Assembly: GCA_040386695.1 (NCBI GenBank)
Contig: JAZKFB010000017.1
Coordinates: 70,146-134,145, forward strand
Reading direction: 5' to 3'
Source: Verrucomicrobiota bacterium
GTDB taxonomy: Bacteria; Verrucomicrobiota; Verrucomicrobiia; Verrucomicrobiales; V1-33
Length of the DNA stretch: 64,000 bases
Each line of letters begins with the position of its first letter. The first letter of the stretch is position 1. Position numbers and translations under genes: made by a program. This document shows, in pieces, positions 54,319 through 64,000 of this stretch. Under the pieces are notes generated by a model, which had not been told where the DNA came from, made no database searches, and was given only the letters and a program-made list of their open reading frames with translations.

Positions 54319-56259
54319 ATGCCGCCAAGCCGGCACTCCACGATGCGCCGAAGCCGAATTTTTCTCCGTTCCGCAGGCCGCTGGCTGCGGCGGGCAGCCC
54401 TGATATTTGTCGTTTTTGCGGCCGGCTGGGCGGCGCGGGTGGGGTTTCACCCCCAACCGCTGCTCCAGGACCGCTGGGCGGCGCTGGTCGCGGAATCCGG
54501 GAAGCGGCCACCTCCGGGCCAGGGCGGGAGGCGTGCCGGAAGCTGGAGTCTGACAGATGCCGCCGGTGGAAAACTGTCGGGAGGAGCGGCGGCCACGGAC
54601 GGAGCGGTCGTTTTTTCCATGGAGGAACTGCTTTCCATGCGCGACCCCATCGGCCAGGGCGCGGCGCTGGTGGAGGCCCTGAAAACAGCGGACGCGGCCA
54701 CCTGCGGCGAATGGCTGGCGAAGATGGATCCCATCTCCATCCCGGGCATCCGGAATGCGGCCGTGCTGGCCATCATGGAGCGCTGGACGGCGCTGGATCC
54801 GGCGGGCGCGCTGGCGGGGGCGGGCGATGACAAAAGCAGAATATCCATGGTGCTGCGGCAGTGGACGCACCGGGATCCGGCGGCGGCTCTGGCGGCTTCG
54901 GACGGGAAATTCGACGACGCCATCCGTCAGGGTCTTCTGGAGACGGACCCGGACCACGCCTCCGCGCGCTGGCGGGAAATCGCGCCCGGCAGGCCCTTTC
55001 CGGTCCACCTGCTGGAGTTCGCGCTTAAAAGCCAGGTGCGGCACGATCCCGAGGGCGCGCTGCGGCAGATTCCGGCGGATGACGATTATCAGACCAACAG
55101 CATCCGGCGCGGCCTGTTCGGATCGTGGATGGATCAGGATGCCTCCGCCGCTTTGAAATATGCCGAAAACCAGGGCGATCCCCACGCGCGGAGCCAGCTT
55201 CTGAAAGCTTTCGCGGAGCGGTTTCCCGAACGCATGGAGTCGGTGCTGACGACGCTGGAGGGGGCGGACAAAACCGCCATGGCCCTGGCCATCGCCAGGG
55301 GAAAAACCAGTCAGGACCCGCTGGCCGCCGCGCGCTGGCTCCGGTCGCAGGTGCCGGCGGAGGAGTTCGCGGCCGCGCTGACCCGCTTCACGGGCGGGCA
55401 GCAGGGGATTTCGCCGGAGAACCTGAACGCCCTGCTGACCCTGTGCCCCGATTCCGCGGCGGCGGACAAACTGCTGGAGGAGATGGCGGGAGACACGATG
55501 CGGGGCACGGTTCAGGCGTGGCTGAAATCCCGCCCGCCCGGCAGCCTCACTCCCGCGCGGCAGGCTCTGGCTTTTAAAATGCTGCCGGCCGCCGAAGCCG
55601 TGGCTCTGGTGCCGGGCGGCGTGACCTTCAGCCCGGAGGAGGGCCGGGCGGTGATGGCGGAGGCCACCCGGCAGTGGAATCCCGGAGAGCCGGCGGAGCT
55701 GGCGGCCAATCTTTCCGCGCTGCCGGAATCCCTGCGGGCCGCCGCCGCCGGGAGTTTTCTGAACCAGGAGCGTTATCTCTCGCGGAAGGACGGCCAGTTC
55801 ACGTTTCTGGACAAGCTGGCGCCGGAGACCACGGCGGGGATTTTCGCCTCGCTGTCACCGGAGGCCCGGGCGCGGACGGCGCTGAATTTCGCCTGGCGGC
55901 AGCAGCAGTCCGACCCCGCCTCCGCCGCGCGGATGCTGGCGTTCTCGTCCGCGGCGGGCGATGATCCGGCGGCGGCGGCGGTGCATGAGCAGGTGGCGCG
56001 CGCCTGGATAAGCCGCGATCCCGCAGCGGCCTCGGCCTGGATTCAGACCCTGCCCGCCGGGCCCGCCCGGGATGCCGCCGTGCTGACGGTGATTGAGAAT
56101 CAGGCCCCGGGCCATCCCTCCACCGCCGCCGGGTGGGAGCGGACGCTGCGGGATCCGGTGGCCGCTCTCCGGGCGCGGCGGATGCTGGAATCCGTCTCCC
56201 GTCCTGACCTGAACCAGGCCTCCGGCTCAACCTCAACCTCCATCTCCCCGTCCCGATGA
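54319..56259 (+). CDS. membrane-anchored helical-repeat protein A2
   Basis: FHPQPLLQDRWAALV and other blocks shared with A1; start could be a few codons later. Confidence 0.8.
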   Translation: MPPSRHSTMRRSRIFLRSAGRWLRRAALIFVVFAAGWAARVGFHPQPLLQDRWAALVAESGKRPPPGQGGRRAGSWSLTDAAGGKLSGGAAATDGAVVFSMEELLSMRDPIGQGAALVEALKTADAATCGEWLAKMDPISIPGIRNAAVLAIMERWTALDPAGALAGAGDDKSRISMVLRQWTHRDPAAALAASDGKFDDAIRQGLLETDPDHASARWREIAPGRPFPVHLLEFALKSQVRHDPEGALRQIPADDDYQTNSIRRGLFGSWMDQDASAALKYAENQGDPHARSQLLKAFAERFPERMESVLTTLEGADKTAMALAIARGKTSQDPLAAARWLRSQVPAEEFAAALTRFTGGQQGISPENLNALLTLCPDSAAADKLLEEMAGDTMRGTVQAWLKSRPPGSLTPARQALAFKMLPAAEAVALVPGGVTFSPEEGRAVMAEATRQWNPGEPAELAANLSALPESLRAAAAGSFLNQERYLSRKDGQFTFLDKLAPETTAGIFASLSPEARARTALNFAWRQQQSDPASAARMLAFSSAAGDDPAAAAVHEQVARAWISRDPAAASAWIQTLPAGPARDAAVLTVIENQAPGHPSTAAGWERTLRDPVAALRARRMLESVSRPDLNQASGSTSTSISPSR

Positions 56260-58049
56260 TCCGCGCCGCTGTTATTCTCAAAGCGCTGCCGCTGGCGGCG
56301 GCCGGGGCCGCAGGGTGGTTCGCGGCGCCGTTCTGGCAGGCGCAGCCGTCCCTCCGCTCCGCCGTCCGGCTGCTGTTCCGGGCGGCGGCGGGCGGGAATG
56401 CGGACGGTGCCCTGAGTCTGAACGGGAACACGGTTTCCCCGGCGGATCTGCGGGATGCGGCGGCGCTGCGGGCGATGCTGACGCGGATCCGGGACGCGGC
56501 GGCGACGGCATCCCCGCAGGACGCGGAGCATTTCCTGGCCGGTCTGATGGAGCAGCTGGCGGTTCTGCCGCCGGCGGATTTGCGCTCCCTGGCCCTGGCT
56601 CTGGCGCGGGACCGGGATCTGCTGCTCCTGATGGACGAAACCACAAAAGCCGTCGGGCTGCGGCTGCTGTCAAAGGATTTGGAGATGCGCCTTTTCCTGA
56701 CCCTGGCCAAAGTCGTGCGCCGCGATCCCGACCGCATGCTCCTGCTGGCCGAGGCCCTCCCGCCCTCGCGGACGAGGGATGAATTTCTGAGCCGCACCCT
56801 GGCGCTGCTGGGAATGGACCGTCCGGCGGAGCTGATGGCGCTGATGAACGGGCCCGATGCCCCGCTGAAAGGCCGGGCGCGGCTGCTGGCGGTGAAGCCG
56901 GCGCTGAGCACTCTGGCCGCCCGGTCGTTTCCGGACGCGGTGGCGGCTTGGGAGAATCTCCAGGACCCGGAGGTCAAATGGGACGCCGTCTCCGCGCTGT
57001 CGGACCGGATCAATGACGAGCCTGACAGAGTGTTCGACTGGCTCGACCGTCTGCCGGAAAGGGAACGCAACCGCCTGACCTCCGAAGCCCTCCGCCACGC
57101 CACGCCGGAGGTGGCCCGGCGCTGGCTGGAGGCCCATCCCGTTCCCGAAGCCGGGGATATGGGGTTTCTCCAGGCCTGCGGGCGGCTGGCGAAAACCGAT
57201 CCCGCCGGGGCCGTGGCCTGGCTGGCGAAAATCCCCGCCGGCGCGGACAGCCGCCCCTGGCGGATCATGGTGCCCGATGCCCTGCGCGATATGCCGGTCT
57301 CCGGTCTGCTGGCGGTGATTCCGGGAATGCCACCGGAGAATCAGGAACTGTTTCTGCCGGGAATGTTCAGCGGAAAAAACCGGACTGCGGAGGAGCTTTC
57401 CCAGGCCGCCGCCGCCGTCAGTGATCCCTCGCTTCAGGAAAAACTGGGCACGGCCTGGGCCGGCGGCCGCTGGGAGGACACCGCCGCCGCCATGGCCCAG
57501 GCCACCGCCCTGCCGCCGGGGCCGCTGAGGGATTCCGCCCTGACGGAGCTGGGCAGAATGTGGAGTTACTCCAGTCCGGACGAGTGGCTGGCCTGGCTCC
57601 GCACCGCGCCGCCGGAGGACCAGACGGCGGCCATGGCCAAAGCGGAGCCTCAGATCTGGGCCGATCCCAAAAACGCGGCCTTTCTCACGGTCCGCCCGGC
57701 GGCGGAGCAGCTGCCGTGGCTGGCGGGCATTTATCACGACAACGCCCAGGCCGCCGCCGCCGTGATCGAGCGCGCCAGTGCCCAGGGTGCCGGCAACGAG
57801 GCGCTGGACTCGGCGGCGAAATCACTCGCCCAGTCCTGGCAGGACCGCGATCCCGCCACCGCCCGGGCCTTCGCCCTCTCCCTGCCCGACCCCGCCATGG
57901 CCGACAGTGTTCTCCTCAGCCTCGCCGCCAACAGCGCCACCGCCGAAGCCCGCGCCGCCGCCATTGAGGCCATTCAGGATCCCGTGAACCGCCAGCAGGC
58001 CGGGCGCGGGGCCGCTCTGAAGTCCCTGGGAATTTCCGCGCCGCGCTGA
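56256..58049 (+). CDS. membrane-anchored helical-repeat protein B2
   Basis: APFWQAQPS.RSAVRLLFR and other blocks shared with B1. Confidence 0.8.
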   Translation: MIRAAVILKALPLAAAGAAGWFAAPFWQAQPSLRSAVRLLFRAAAGGNADGALSLNGNTVSPADLRDAAALRAMLTRIRDAAATASPQDAEHFLAGLMEQLAVLPPADLRSLALALARDRDLLLLMDETTKAVGLRLLSKDLEMRLFLTLAKVVRRDPDRMLLLAEALPPSRTRDEFLSRTLALLGMDRPAELMALMNGPDAPLKGRARLLAVKPALSTLAARSFPDAVAAWENLQDPEVKWDAVSALSDRINDEPDRVFDWLDRLPERERNRLTSEALRHATPEVARRWLEAHPVPEAGDMGFLQACGRLAKTDPAGAVAWLAKIPAGADSRPWRIMVPDALRDMPVSGLLAVIPGMPPENQELFLPGMFSGKNRTAEELSQAAAAVSDPSLQEKLGTAWAGGRWEDTAAAMAQATALPPGPLRDSALTELGRMWSYSSPDEWLAWLRTAPPEDQTAAMAKAEPQIWADPKNAAFLTVRPAAEQLPWLAGIYHDNAQAAAAVIERASAQGAGNEALDSAAKSLAQSWQDRDPATARAFALSLPDPAMADSVLLSLAANSATAEARAAAIEAIQDPVNRQQAGRGAALKSLGISAPR

Positions 58050-58106
58050 GGCGGGACGTTCAGGGAAAGGCGGCGCTTTTTACCAGGTGACGGCATTTCC
58101 AACGGG

Positions 58107-58261
58107 AAATGGAATTTGAACAGAACGCCACAAAGGTCACGGAGTGATGAACGGATGCAGAAACAGGGCCTCCGGGGATCTCAACGCGGCGGGTGAACCG
58201 GTCCTGAATCTCAAGGGATTGATTTTGTGACCTTCTGTTCAAATCCATTTCGGAATTCAGG
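58107..58261. repeat. MITE/REP-like element, copy 3 (inverted relative to copy 2)
   Basis: ATTTGAACAGAA ... TTCTGTTCAAAT; right end is the reverse complement of copy 2's left end. Confidence 0.7.
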
Positions 58262-58262
58262 T

Positions 58263-59804
58263 TCAATCCCCCCCACCGCCGCCGCATCCGCCACATCCCC
58301 CGCCCCCTCCTTCTCCGCTGCTGCCACAGCCGGAACTGGCGCCGCACCCGCCGCCTGAATTGCCGCCGGCCTCCTGCTGCTGCCGCTGCTGGGCCTGACG
58401 GAAGGCGTCCGCCAGAATGACGGGAACCGCGAGGGAGGTCAGCACCTGGGGACCCTGAAGCGCGAAAACGGCAGAGGGTTGATCCCTTGCCGAGGGCAGA
58501 TTCTGCCGGAGGCGGCTCAGCACCCGTTCCCCGAGGGGCAGCCGGAGGAGTTTCCGCCGGGTCGCCAGAAAACACAGAATACCGGTCACAATCAGCAGAA
58601 CGACCAGAAAACCCACCGGTTTCCCTCTCTCAAACCCGGCGATCAGCCGGATCACGCCGATGGTCAGCATAATCAGCAGCGGCACGGCGGCTTTCCAGAC
58701 CGGCCGCTGATTGGGCTCCGGCAGCAGCCCCGCCCGCACCAGCCTGTCCGTCAGCTGACGGCGGATGTGATACGCGGGGATGCGGCGGCACAGGTCATGG
58801 ACGGGTGTGGGGCCGTTCCTGGCAGCCATTTCATAAAAAGCGCGCTCGACCGGATGCTCCGGAGGACCGCCGGCTTTCTCCAGCATCACTCTGCGCAGCA
58901 GCGTGCGCTTCACCGTCAAAGCGCCCGAGAGAATCAGGCTCACCAGAGCGGTCTGCGCCACCCGGCATTCGCCGCCGCTGAGCATGGCCTGCTCATAAAC
59001 ATCCGTCAGTTCCGGCTCCGCGGACGTCTCCACCGGCAGGGCGCGCTCCGTCTCCCGCTGCTGAAGGGCAAAGGACAGCAGCGCCGCCAGAATCAGGGCC
59101 ACGATGTAAAACACCAGAAACGGCCCCGCGCTCCAGTTGAAAATAAACAGCGTGCCCGGCAGTTCCGCCCGCTGCGTCACGGCGTCCGCCAGGCTGGAAC
59201 CGCCGTGCATCCACGCGGTCCAGCCTCCCGCCGCCGCCAGAATCCCCAGTCCGGCGAGGAGAGGAACTCCCGACCTGACGCGCGGCGGACGCCGGGCACC
59301 GCCGGTCCGCGGAAAACGCGGCCGAGGCAGAATCCAGAACCGCGAGACATCCACCCGCCGGGCATTCCCCGCGCGGGCGGATTCTGTTTCCGGATCCGGC
59401 CAGATGTCCACCGGCGGGCTTTGCCCGAAGATTGCAAAATAGCTTTGCAAAGTCCGGGCGTGCCAGCCCGCGAATTTCTCCCCCTCCTCCCGTCCGCCTG
59501 TGGTGGGACCGTGATGCAGCGGACGGCCCAGCACCTTCCCGCACATTCCGTCCCAGTAGCTCCGGGTGTAAACCAGGTGCAGATGCCAGGCCTGATCCAC
59601 CTCCTCCGACGGCGAGACCGGATGCCCCGCCGTCATCGCCAGATACACAAAACGTTTATACTCAACCACCACCCGCCGGGCAAAATCCCGCGTCCACCCA
59701 TTCTCCCGGGCCAGCCGCGCCGTGAAGGGAAACACCGCCTCCGGATCATCCAGTTCAAAAGCCTCAAGACGTTCCAGCAAAGCGGGATCAGGGACGGCAT
59801 TCAT
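58263..59804 (-). CDS. TIGR04222-like membrane protein with Gly/Cys-rich tail
   Basis: RLARENGW, PSEEVDQAWHLH, C-terminal GGCGGCGGGG. Confidence 0.85.
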   Translation of the reverse strand: MNAVPDPALLERLEAFELDDPEAVFPFTARLARENGWTRDFARRVVVEYKRFVYLAMTAGHPVSPSEEVDQAWHLHLVYTRSYWDGMCGKVLGRPLHHGPTTGGREEGEKFAGWHARTLQSYFAIFGQSPPVDIWPDPETESARAGNARRVDVSRFWILPRPRFPRTGGARRPPRVRSGVPLLAGLGILAAAGGWTAWMHGGSSLADAVTQRAELPGTLFIFNWSAGPFLVFYIVALILAALLSFALQQRETERALPVETSAEPELTDVYEQAMLSGGECRVAQTALVSLILSGALTVKRTLLRRVMLEKAGGPPEHPVERAFYEMAARNGPTPVHDLCRRIPAYHIRRQLTDRLVRAGLLPEPNQRPVWKAAVPLLIMLTIGVIRLIAGFERGKPVGFLVVLLIVTGILCFLATRRKLLRLPLGERVLSRLRQNLPSARDQPSAVFALQGPQVLTSLAVPVILADAFRQAQQRQQQEAGGNSGGGCGASSGCGSSGEGGGGGCGGCGGGGGD

Positions 59805-59915
59805 GTGAGCGCCGCCAGCATCCGCCACCGGTTTCCCCGCGCAAGCCAGGAAACGGCCCGCCGCAGCCCTGCGCTCCCCTCACTCAAAATCCCCCCGCCG
59901 GTCCGGGGCGGCCGG

Positions 59916-61391
59916 TCAGGCTTCTGTCGTCAGGGTGCCGGGCCGGAGTCCGAAGACTTTCCGCAGAGCCGTCAGCGCCGCGTGGTGCCCGCACATGCCG
60001 TGAACGCCGCCGCCGGGGGGCGTGGAGCTGGAGCAGATGAAAATCCCCCTGTCCGGCGTGGTCCACGGATTCCACCGGGCGACCGGGCGGGTGAACATCT
60101 GGGTCAGATCCATCACCCCGCCGATGACATCGCCGCGAACATTGTTGGCGTTGTGCGCCTCAATGGCGGCGGGGCCCATGGCGTGACTGGCCAGAATCGT
60201 CTGCCGGAATCCCGGCGCGTGATGCTCGATGCTTCCGAGAATTTCCTCGGAATAATCGCCTGGGCAGCCCGGCGTCACGTGCGTGTAAGCCCAGACAGTG
60301 TGTTTGCCGGCCGGCGCGCGCCGGGGATCGCAAAGGCTCTGCTGCCCGACCAGCACAAAGGGCTTCTCCGCCCGCCGGCCCTGCCATGCGGCGCGCTCCG
60401 CCTCCGCGATTTCCTCCAGAGTGCCGCCGACATGCACCGTGCCCGCCTTCCGGCAGAGCGGATTCGTCCACGGAATGGGCTCGCTGACCGCGAGATCCAG
60501 CTTAAAAACTCCCGGGCCATAGCGGAATTTCTCCAGCCGCCGCCGGTAGCCCTCCGGCAGCCGGGAGGCCGCGATTCTGCCCATGGCCTGCGGCCCAGTG
60601 TCAAACAGCACCGCCCGGGCTTTGGGCAGATCCCGGATGTCCCTCACTTCGGCCCCGCACACGATTTCGCCGCCCAGAGCTTCAAAATACCGTGCCATGG
60701 CCCGGGTGATGGACGCACTGCCGCCCGCCGCCACCGGCCAGCCGCCCGCGTGCCCGGCCAGCGCCAGGGCCACGCCCACAGCGGCGGTGAAGGGTTTCTC
60801 CAAAGGCCGCACGCTGTGCGCGCAGTTGCCGGCGATCAGAGCGCGCGCCTCCTCCGATTTGAATTTCCCCCGCGCCAGCCAGGTGGCCGGCTTCATGGCG
60901 TCCAGACCGAACCGCGCCAGCAGCAGCGGATGCCGCGGCGTCACCGGCAGGGCACCGAGCAGATCCCCGAAAAGCCCGGCCGCTTTGGGCAGCAGGGGCT
61001 CCAGCCAGTTTTTCCAGGCGGCTCCGTCCCGTCCCGGCAGCGCCGCCGCCGTGCGGTCAATATCCCGCCAGACCGCCGCCGCCCGGCCGTTTTCCAGCGG
61101 ATGCGCCAGCAGGATTTCCGGGTGCGCCCATTCGAGGCCGAATTTCAAAAGATTCAGCGACCGGAAAAACGGCGACACCGCCGCCATGGGGTGGACGGCG
61201 CTGCACACATCGTGATGAAACCCGGGCAGTGTCAGCTCCGCCGTGCGCGTCCCCCCGCCGATCAGCGGCGAGGCCTCCAGCACCAGCACCCGCAGGCCCT
61301 CGCGGGCCAGCGTGATTCCGGCCGCGAGCCCGTTAGGCCCGGAACCCACGATGACGGCTTCATATTCACCGCTTTGCGGAGCATTGGACAT
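59916..61391 (-). CDS. phytoene dehydrogenase-like FAD oxidoreductase
   Basis: VGSGPNGL, HDVCSAVHP, TPPGGGVHGMCG. Confidence 0.9.
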   Translation of the reverse strand: MSNAPQSGEYEAVIVGSGPNGLAAGITLAREGLRVLVLEASPLIGGGTRTAELTLPGFHHDVCSAVHPMAAVSPFFRSLNLLKFGLEWAHPEILLAHPLENGRAAAVWRDIDRTAAALPGRDGAAWKNWLEPLLPKAAGLFGDLLGALPVTPRHPLLLARFGLDAMKPATWLARGKFKSEEARALIAGNCAHSVRPLEKPFTAAVGVALALAGHAGGWPVAAGGSASITRAMARYFEALGGEIVCGAEVRDIRDLPKARAVLFDTGPQAMGRIAASRLPEGYRRRLEKFRYGPGVFKLDLAVSEPIPWTNPLCRKAGTVHVGGTLEEIAEAERAAWQGRRAEKPFVLVGQQSLCDPRRAPAGKHTVWAYTHVTPGCPGDYSEEILGSIEHHAPGFRQTILASHAMGPAAIEAHNANNVRGDVIGGVMDLTQMFTRPVARWNPWTTPDRGIFICSSSTPPGGGVHGMCGHHAALTALRKVFGLRPGTLTTEA

Positions 61392-61523
61392 GGTTGGAAA
61401 TGTATCGGAAGGAAAACTTGCCTCCTGGGGACGGTTCCCGTTGTCTGGCGAAGACAGGCGGCGGCCTCTGATTTGTTGTCAGATTACGCCCCTGTCACGC
61501 GTTTTCGTTTCAACCAATCCCAT

Positions 61524-62843
61524 ATGATGCAACGCCGCCGATTTTTAGCCACCGCCGCCGCCTCCCTCACCGCGCCCGCCTTCATCCGGAATCTCCGCGC
61601 CGCCTCCCCCAACGGCAAGGTCCGCCACGCCAGCTTCGGGGCCAGCGGACAGGCGCTGAGTGATCTCAAAAGCTTCGGCACCAGCCCGAATTTCGAACTG
61701 GTGGCCGTCGCCGATGTGGACACCGGCAACTTCGCGGCCATTAAAGAGATGTGGCCCCAGGTGAAATGTTATCAGGACTGGCGGGAGCTGCTGGACAAGG
61801 AGTCCGGGAACATTGATTCCGTCAACGTCTCCACGCCCGACCACATGCACGCCCCCATCGGCGTGGCCGCGCTCAATCTGGGCAAACATCTCTACGGCCA
61901 GAAACCGCTGACCCAGAATCTCGGCGAATGCCGCTTCATCACGGAGCTGGCGCGGGAGAAAAAGCTGATGACCCAGATGGGCATCCAGGTCTCCAGCGAC
62001 TTCTACGAGCGCTTCGCCGTGCACATGGTGCAGAGCGGCGTCATCGGCAAAATCAAAGAGGTCCACACCTTCAGCAACAAGGAGTGGGGCGATCCCGCGC
62101 CCGTGCCCTCCAGTCAGGATCCGGTGCCCTCCAGCCTGAACTGGAACCTGTGGCTGGGCCCGGCGGCGGAGCGGCCGTTCATCAGCGGCTACTATCATCC
62201 CGGCAACTGGCGCAAGCGCCGTGACTTCGGCACCGGCACCCTCGGCGACATGGGCTGCCACATGTTCAGCGGCTGGATGCGCGCCCTCGCCCTGACCAGC
62301 CCGACGCTGGTGAAGAGCACCGGCCCCGCGCCCGGCAAGGACAACTGGGCCGTCGGCGGCCGAGTGGAATACACCTTCCCGGCCACGCAGTACACCGCCG
62401 GTCCCGAGGTGAAAGTCACCTGGACCGACGGCGACGCCCTTCCACCGCAGGAGATCGCCGATCTCGCCGGCGGCAAGCTCCCCGGCCAGGGCAGCGTGTT
62501 CATCGGCACGGAGGGCGTCATCGTTTTCGGACACATGACCCGCCCCGTGATCCTGCCCGCCGCCAAAGCCGCCGAATACAAATTCCCGGCGCTGGAAAAG
62601 CGGCATCACTATCACGAATTCCTCGACGCCGTGCGCAACGGCGGAGCCAGACCGTCCGCCAACTTCGACTACGCCGGCCCGCTCACCGAAGCCGTGCTCC
62701 TCGGCTGCCTGTCCAGCATCTTCCCGGGCCAGCCGCTGGAATTCGACACGAAGACGCTGAAGTTCAAAAACTTCCCGGACGCCAACGCCTTCGTGAACCG
62801 GTCCTACCGCAAAGGCTGGGAAATTCCCGGCCTGAAAGTCTGA
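61524..62843 (+). CDS. Tat-exported Gfo/Idh/MocA oxidoreductase
   Basis: RRRFL Tat signal, STPDHMH, QKPL, GDMGCH; true start inside the 1454-aa ORF call. Confidence 0.9.
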   Translation: MMQRRRFLATAAASLTAPAFIRNLRAASPNGKVRHASFGASGQALSDLKSFGTSPNFELVAVADVDTGNFAAIKEMWPQVKCYQDWRELLDKESGNIDSVNVSTPDHMHAPIGVAALNLGKHLYGQKPLTQNLGECRFITELAREKKLMTQMGIQVSSDFYERFAVHMVQSGVIGKIKEVHTFSNKEWGDPAPVPSSQDPVPSSLNWNLWLGPAAERPFISGYYHPGNWRKRRDFGTGTLGDMGCHMFSGWMRALALTSPTLVKSTGPAPGKDNWAVGGRVEYTFPATQYTAGPEVKVTWTDGDALPPQEIADLAGGKLPGQGSVFIGTEGVIVFGHMTRPVILPAAKAAEYKFPALEKRHHYHEFLDAVRNGGARPSANFDYAGPLTEAVLLGCLSSIFPGQPLEFDTKTLKFKNFPDANAFVNRSYRKGWEIPGLKV

Positions 62844-62883
62844 GGCCTGTCCCGGCAGGCTGCCTTGCCGCCTCTTGGTGTAA

Positions 62884-62925
62884 ATCCGTGAGGATCCGTC
62901 TTCTCCGTGCCATCCGTGGCCCGTC
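62884..62925. repeat. short TCCGT repeats at ~9-bp period
   Basis: atccgtg, atccgtc, ctccgtg, atccgtg, gcccgtc; intergenic. Confidence 0.5.
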
Positions 62926-63030
62926 TTTTCCAAAGCCCGGAGAAAGGTCCATGCCGTAAAAATGCCGCCGGAACCCGGGCCTTTTGCCTTTGCTTCCGGC
63001 GGCATTCCGCGTTTTAGCGGCTCTCACTTT

Positions 63031-63882
63031 ATGGCGACCGCGATTCTTCTCATTCACTGCCCCGACCAGCCGGGCCTCGTCCGGGCCGTGGCCTCCTTTG
63101 TGGCCGAAAACGGCGGCAACATGGTCCACTTTGACCAGCACGTGGACAGTCAGGAGGGCGTGTTCTTCATGCGCGCGGAGTGGGATCTGGCGAATTTTGT
63201 CATCGCCCGCGGTGATCTGCCGGTTTTCATCCGCGCGCTGGCGGAGCCCCGGCGCATGACCTGGAGCCTGCATTTCTCCGATGAGAGGCACCGTCTGGCC
63301 TTGTTTGTCAGCAAGGACGCGCACTGCCTCTACGACCTTCTCAGCCGTCACGAGGCCGGGGAGCTGGACGCGGATATTCCCCTCATCATCGCCAATCACG
63401 ACACCCTGCGCCCGGCGGCGGAGCGCTTCGGCATTCCCTTCCATCTCATTCCCGTGACCGCCGCCACCAAGGCGGAGGCCGAGGCCAGGCAGCTGGCGCT
63501 TCTTGAGGAGCACAGGGTGGAAACCGTGGTGCTGGCGCGCTACATGCAGATTCTTTCCAACGACATCTGCGCCGCCTGGCCGAACCGCGTGATCAATATC
63601 CATCACAGCTTTCTGCCCGCTTTCCCCGGCGCGAAGCCCTATCACAGCGCCCACCACCGGGGCGTGAAAATCATCGGCGCCACCAGCCACTACGTCACCG
63701 CCGAGCTGGACGAGGGACCGATCATCGAGCAGGACGTCATCCGCGTGACCCACAAGCACACCGTCCAGGACCTCGTCCGCCAGGGCCGCGATCTGGAGAA
63801 AATCGTGCTCTCCCGCGCCGTCCGCTGGCACATCCAGCGCAAGGTGCTGTCCTACAACAACAAGACGGTGGTTTTCGCGTGA
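63031..63882 (+). CDS. purU: formyltetrahydrofolate deformylase
   Basis: CPDQPGLV ACT domain, LARYMQIL, INIHHSFLPAF, DEGPIIEQ. Confidence 0.97.
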   Translation: MATAILLIHCPDQPGLVRAVASFVAENGGNMVHFDQHVDSQEGVFFMRAEWDLANFVIARGDLPVFIRALAEPRRMTWSLHFSDERHRLALFVSKDAHCLYDLLSRHEAGELDADIPLIIANHDTLRPAAERFGIPFHLIPVTAATKAEAEARQLALLEEHRVETVVLARYMQILSNDICAAWPNRVINIHHSFLPAFPGAKPYHSAHHRGVKIIGATSHYVTAELDEGPIIEQDVIRVTHKHTVQDLVRQGRDLEKIVLSRAVRWHIQRKVLSYNNKTVVFA

Positions 63883-64000
63883 GGTTTTGAATCCGTTGCC
63901 GATCGCCCGCGACACTTCCGCGGCCATGAAACCGCCGCCACCGCCGGGATGCTGCGGTTTCAAGGATCCGGCCCGCTTTCTGTCATCCAAATATCAGCGC

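Noticed and set aside
58479-61523. N-terminal ~1015 aa of the 1454-aa plus-strand ORF
   Set aside because: Antisense shadow of two clear minus-strand genes; the real oxidoreductase starts at the Tat signal at 61524.
1-64000. CRISPR array, rRNA or tRNA genes
   Set aside because: No repeat-spacer periodicity or recognisable stable RNA gene found by eye; the integration site is a protein-coding gene.

Overview
GC-rich bacterial chromosome segment, probably Verrucomicrobia (inferred from the PVC-type L28 with the GKAKKEGGIG insertion, a PEP-CTERM protein and DPxAAxxW helical-repeat proteins). Positions 339-41600 hold an apparently intact ~41 kb siphovirus-like prophage with an HK97-type head. 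It is bounded by a 13-bp direct repeat (ATGATCTCGCTTC) that is the start of a host ABC-transporter gene. Unusual prophage features: (1) a C5 cytosine methyltransferase locus dual-coded over its whole 1.3 kb, with catalytic motifs I-VIII and X in one frame and five W-[PSA]-T modules plus a motif-IX-like segment in the +1 frame; (2) a switch made of two divergent ribbon-helix-helix genes with three palindromic operators and no recognisable CI; (3) a terS-HNH-terL operon divergent from lysis-portal-head-tail, with a cos-like motif and phased A-tracts ~20 kb away next to attL; (4) duplicated tail-tube genes, an SGNH esterase appendage, and a major capsid protein with a signal-peptide-like N-terminus; (5) morons including a PEP-CTERM protein behind a sigma54-like promoter, a tailless SSB, a membrane HIRAN protein and a DUF2806-like protein. 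Host flanks: rsgA 3' end, ABC transporter, GNAT, ECF sigma with a vWA partner, rpmB, asd, a duplicated two-gene unit, MITE/REP-like palindromes, oxidoreductases and purU. All family calls come from reading motifs by eye; no searches were run.
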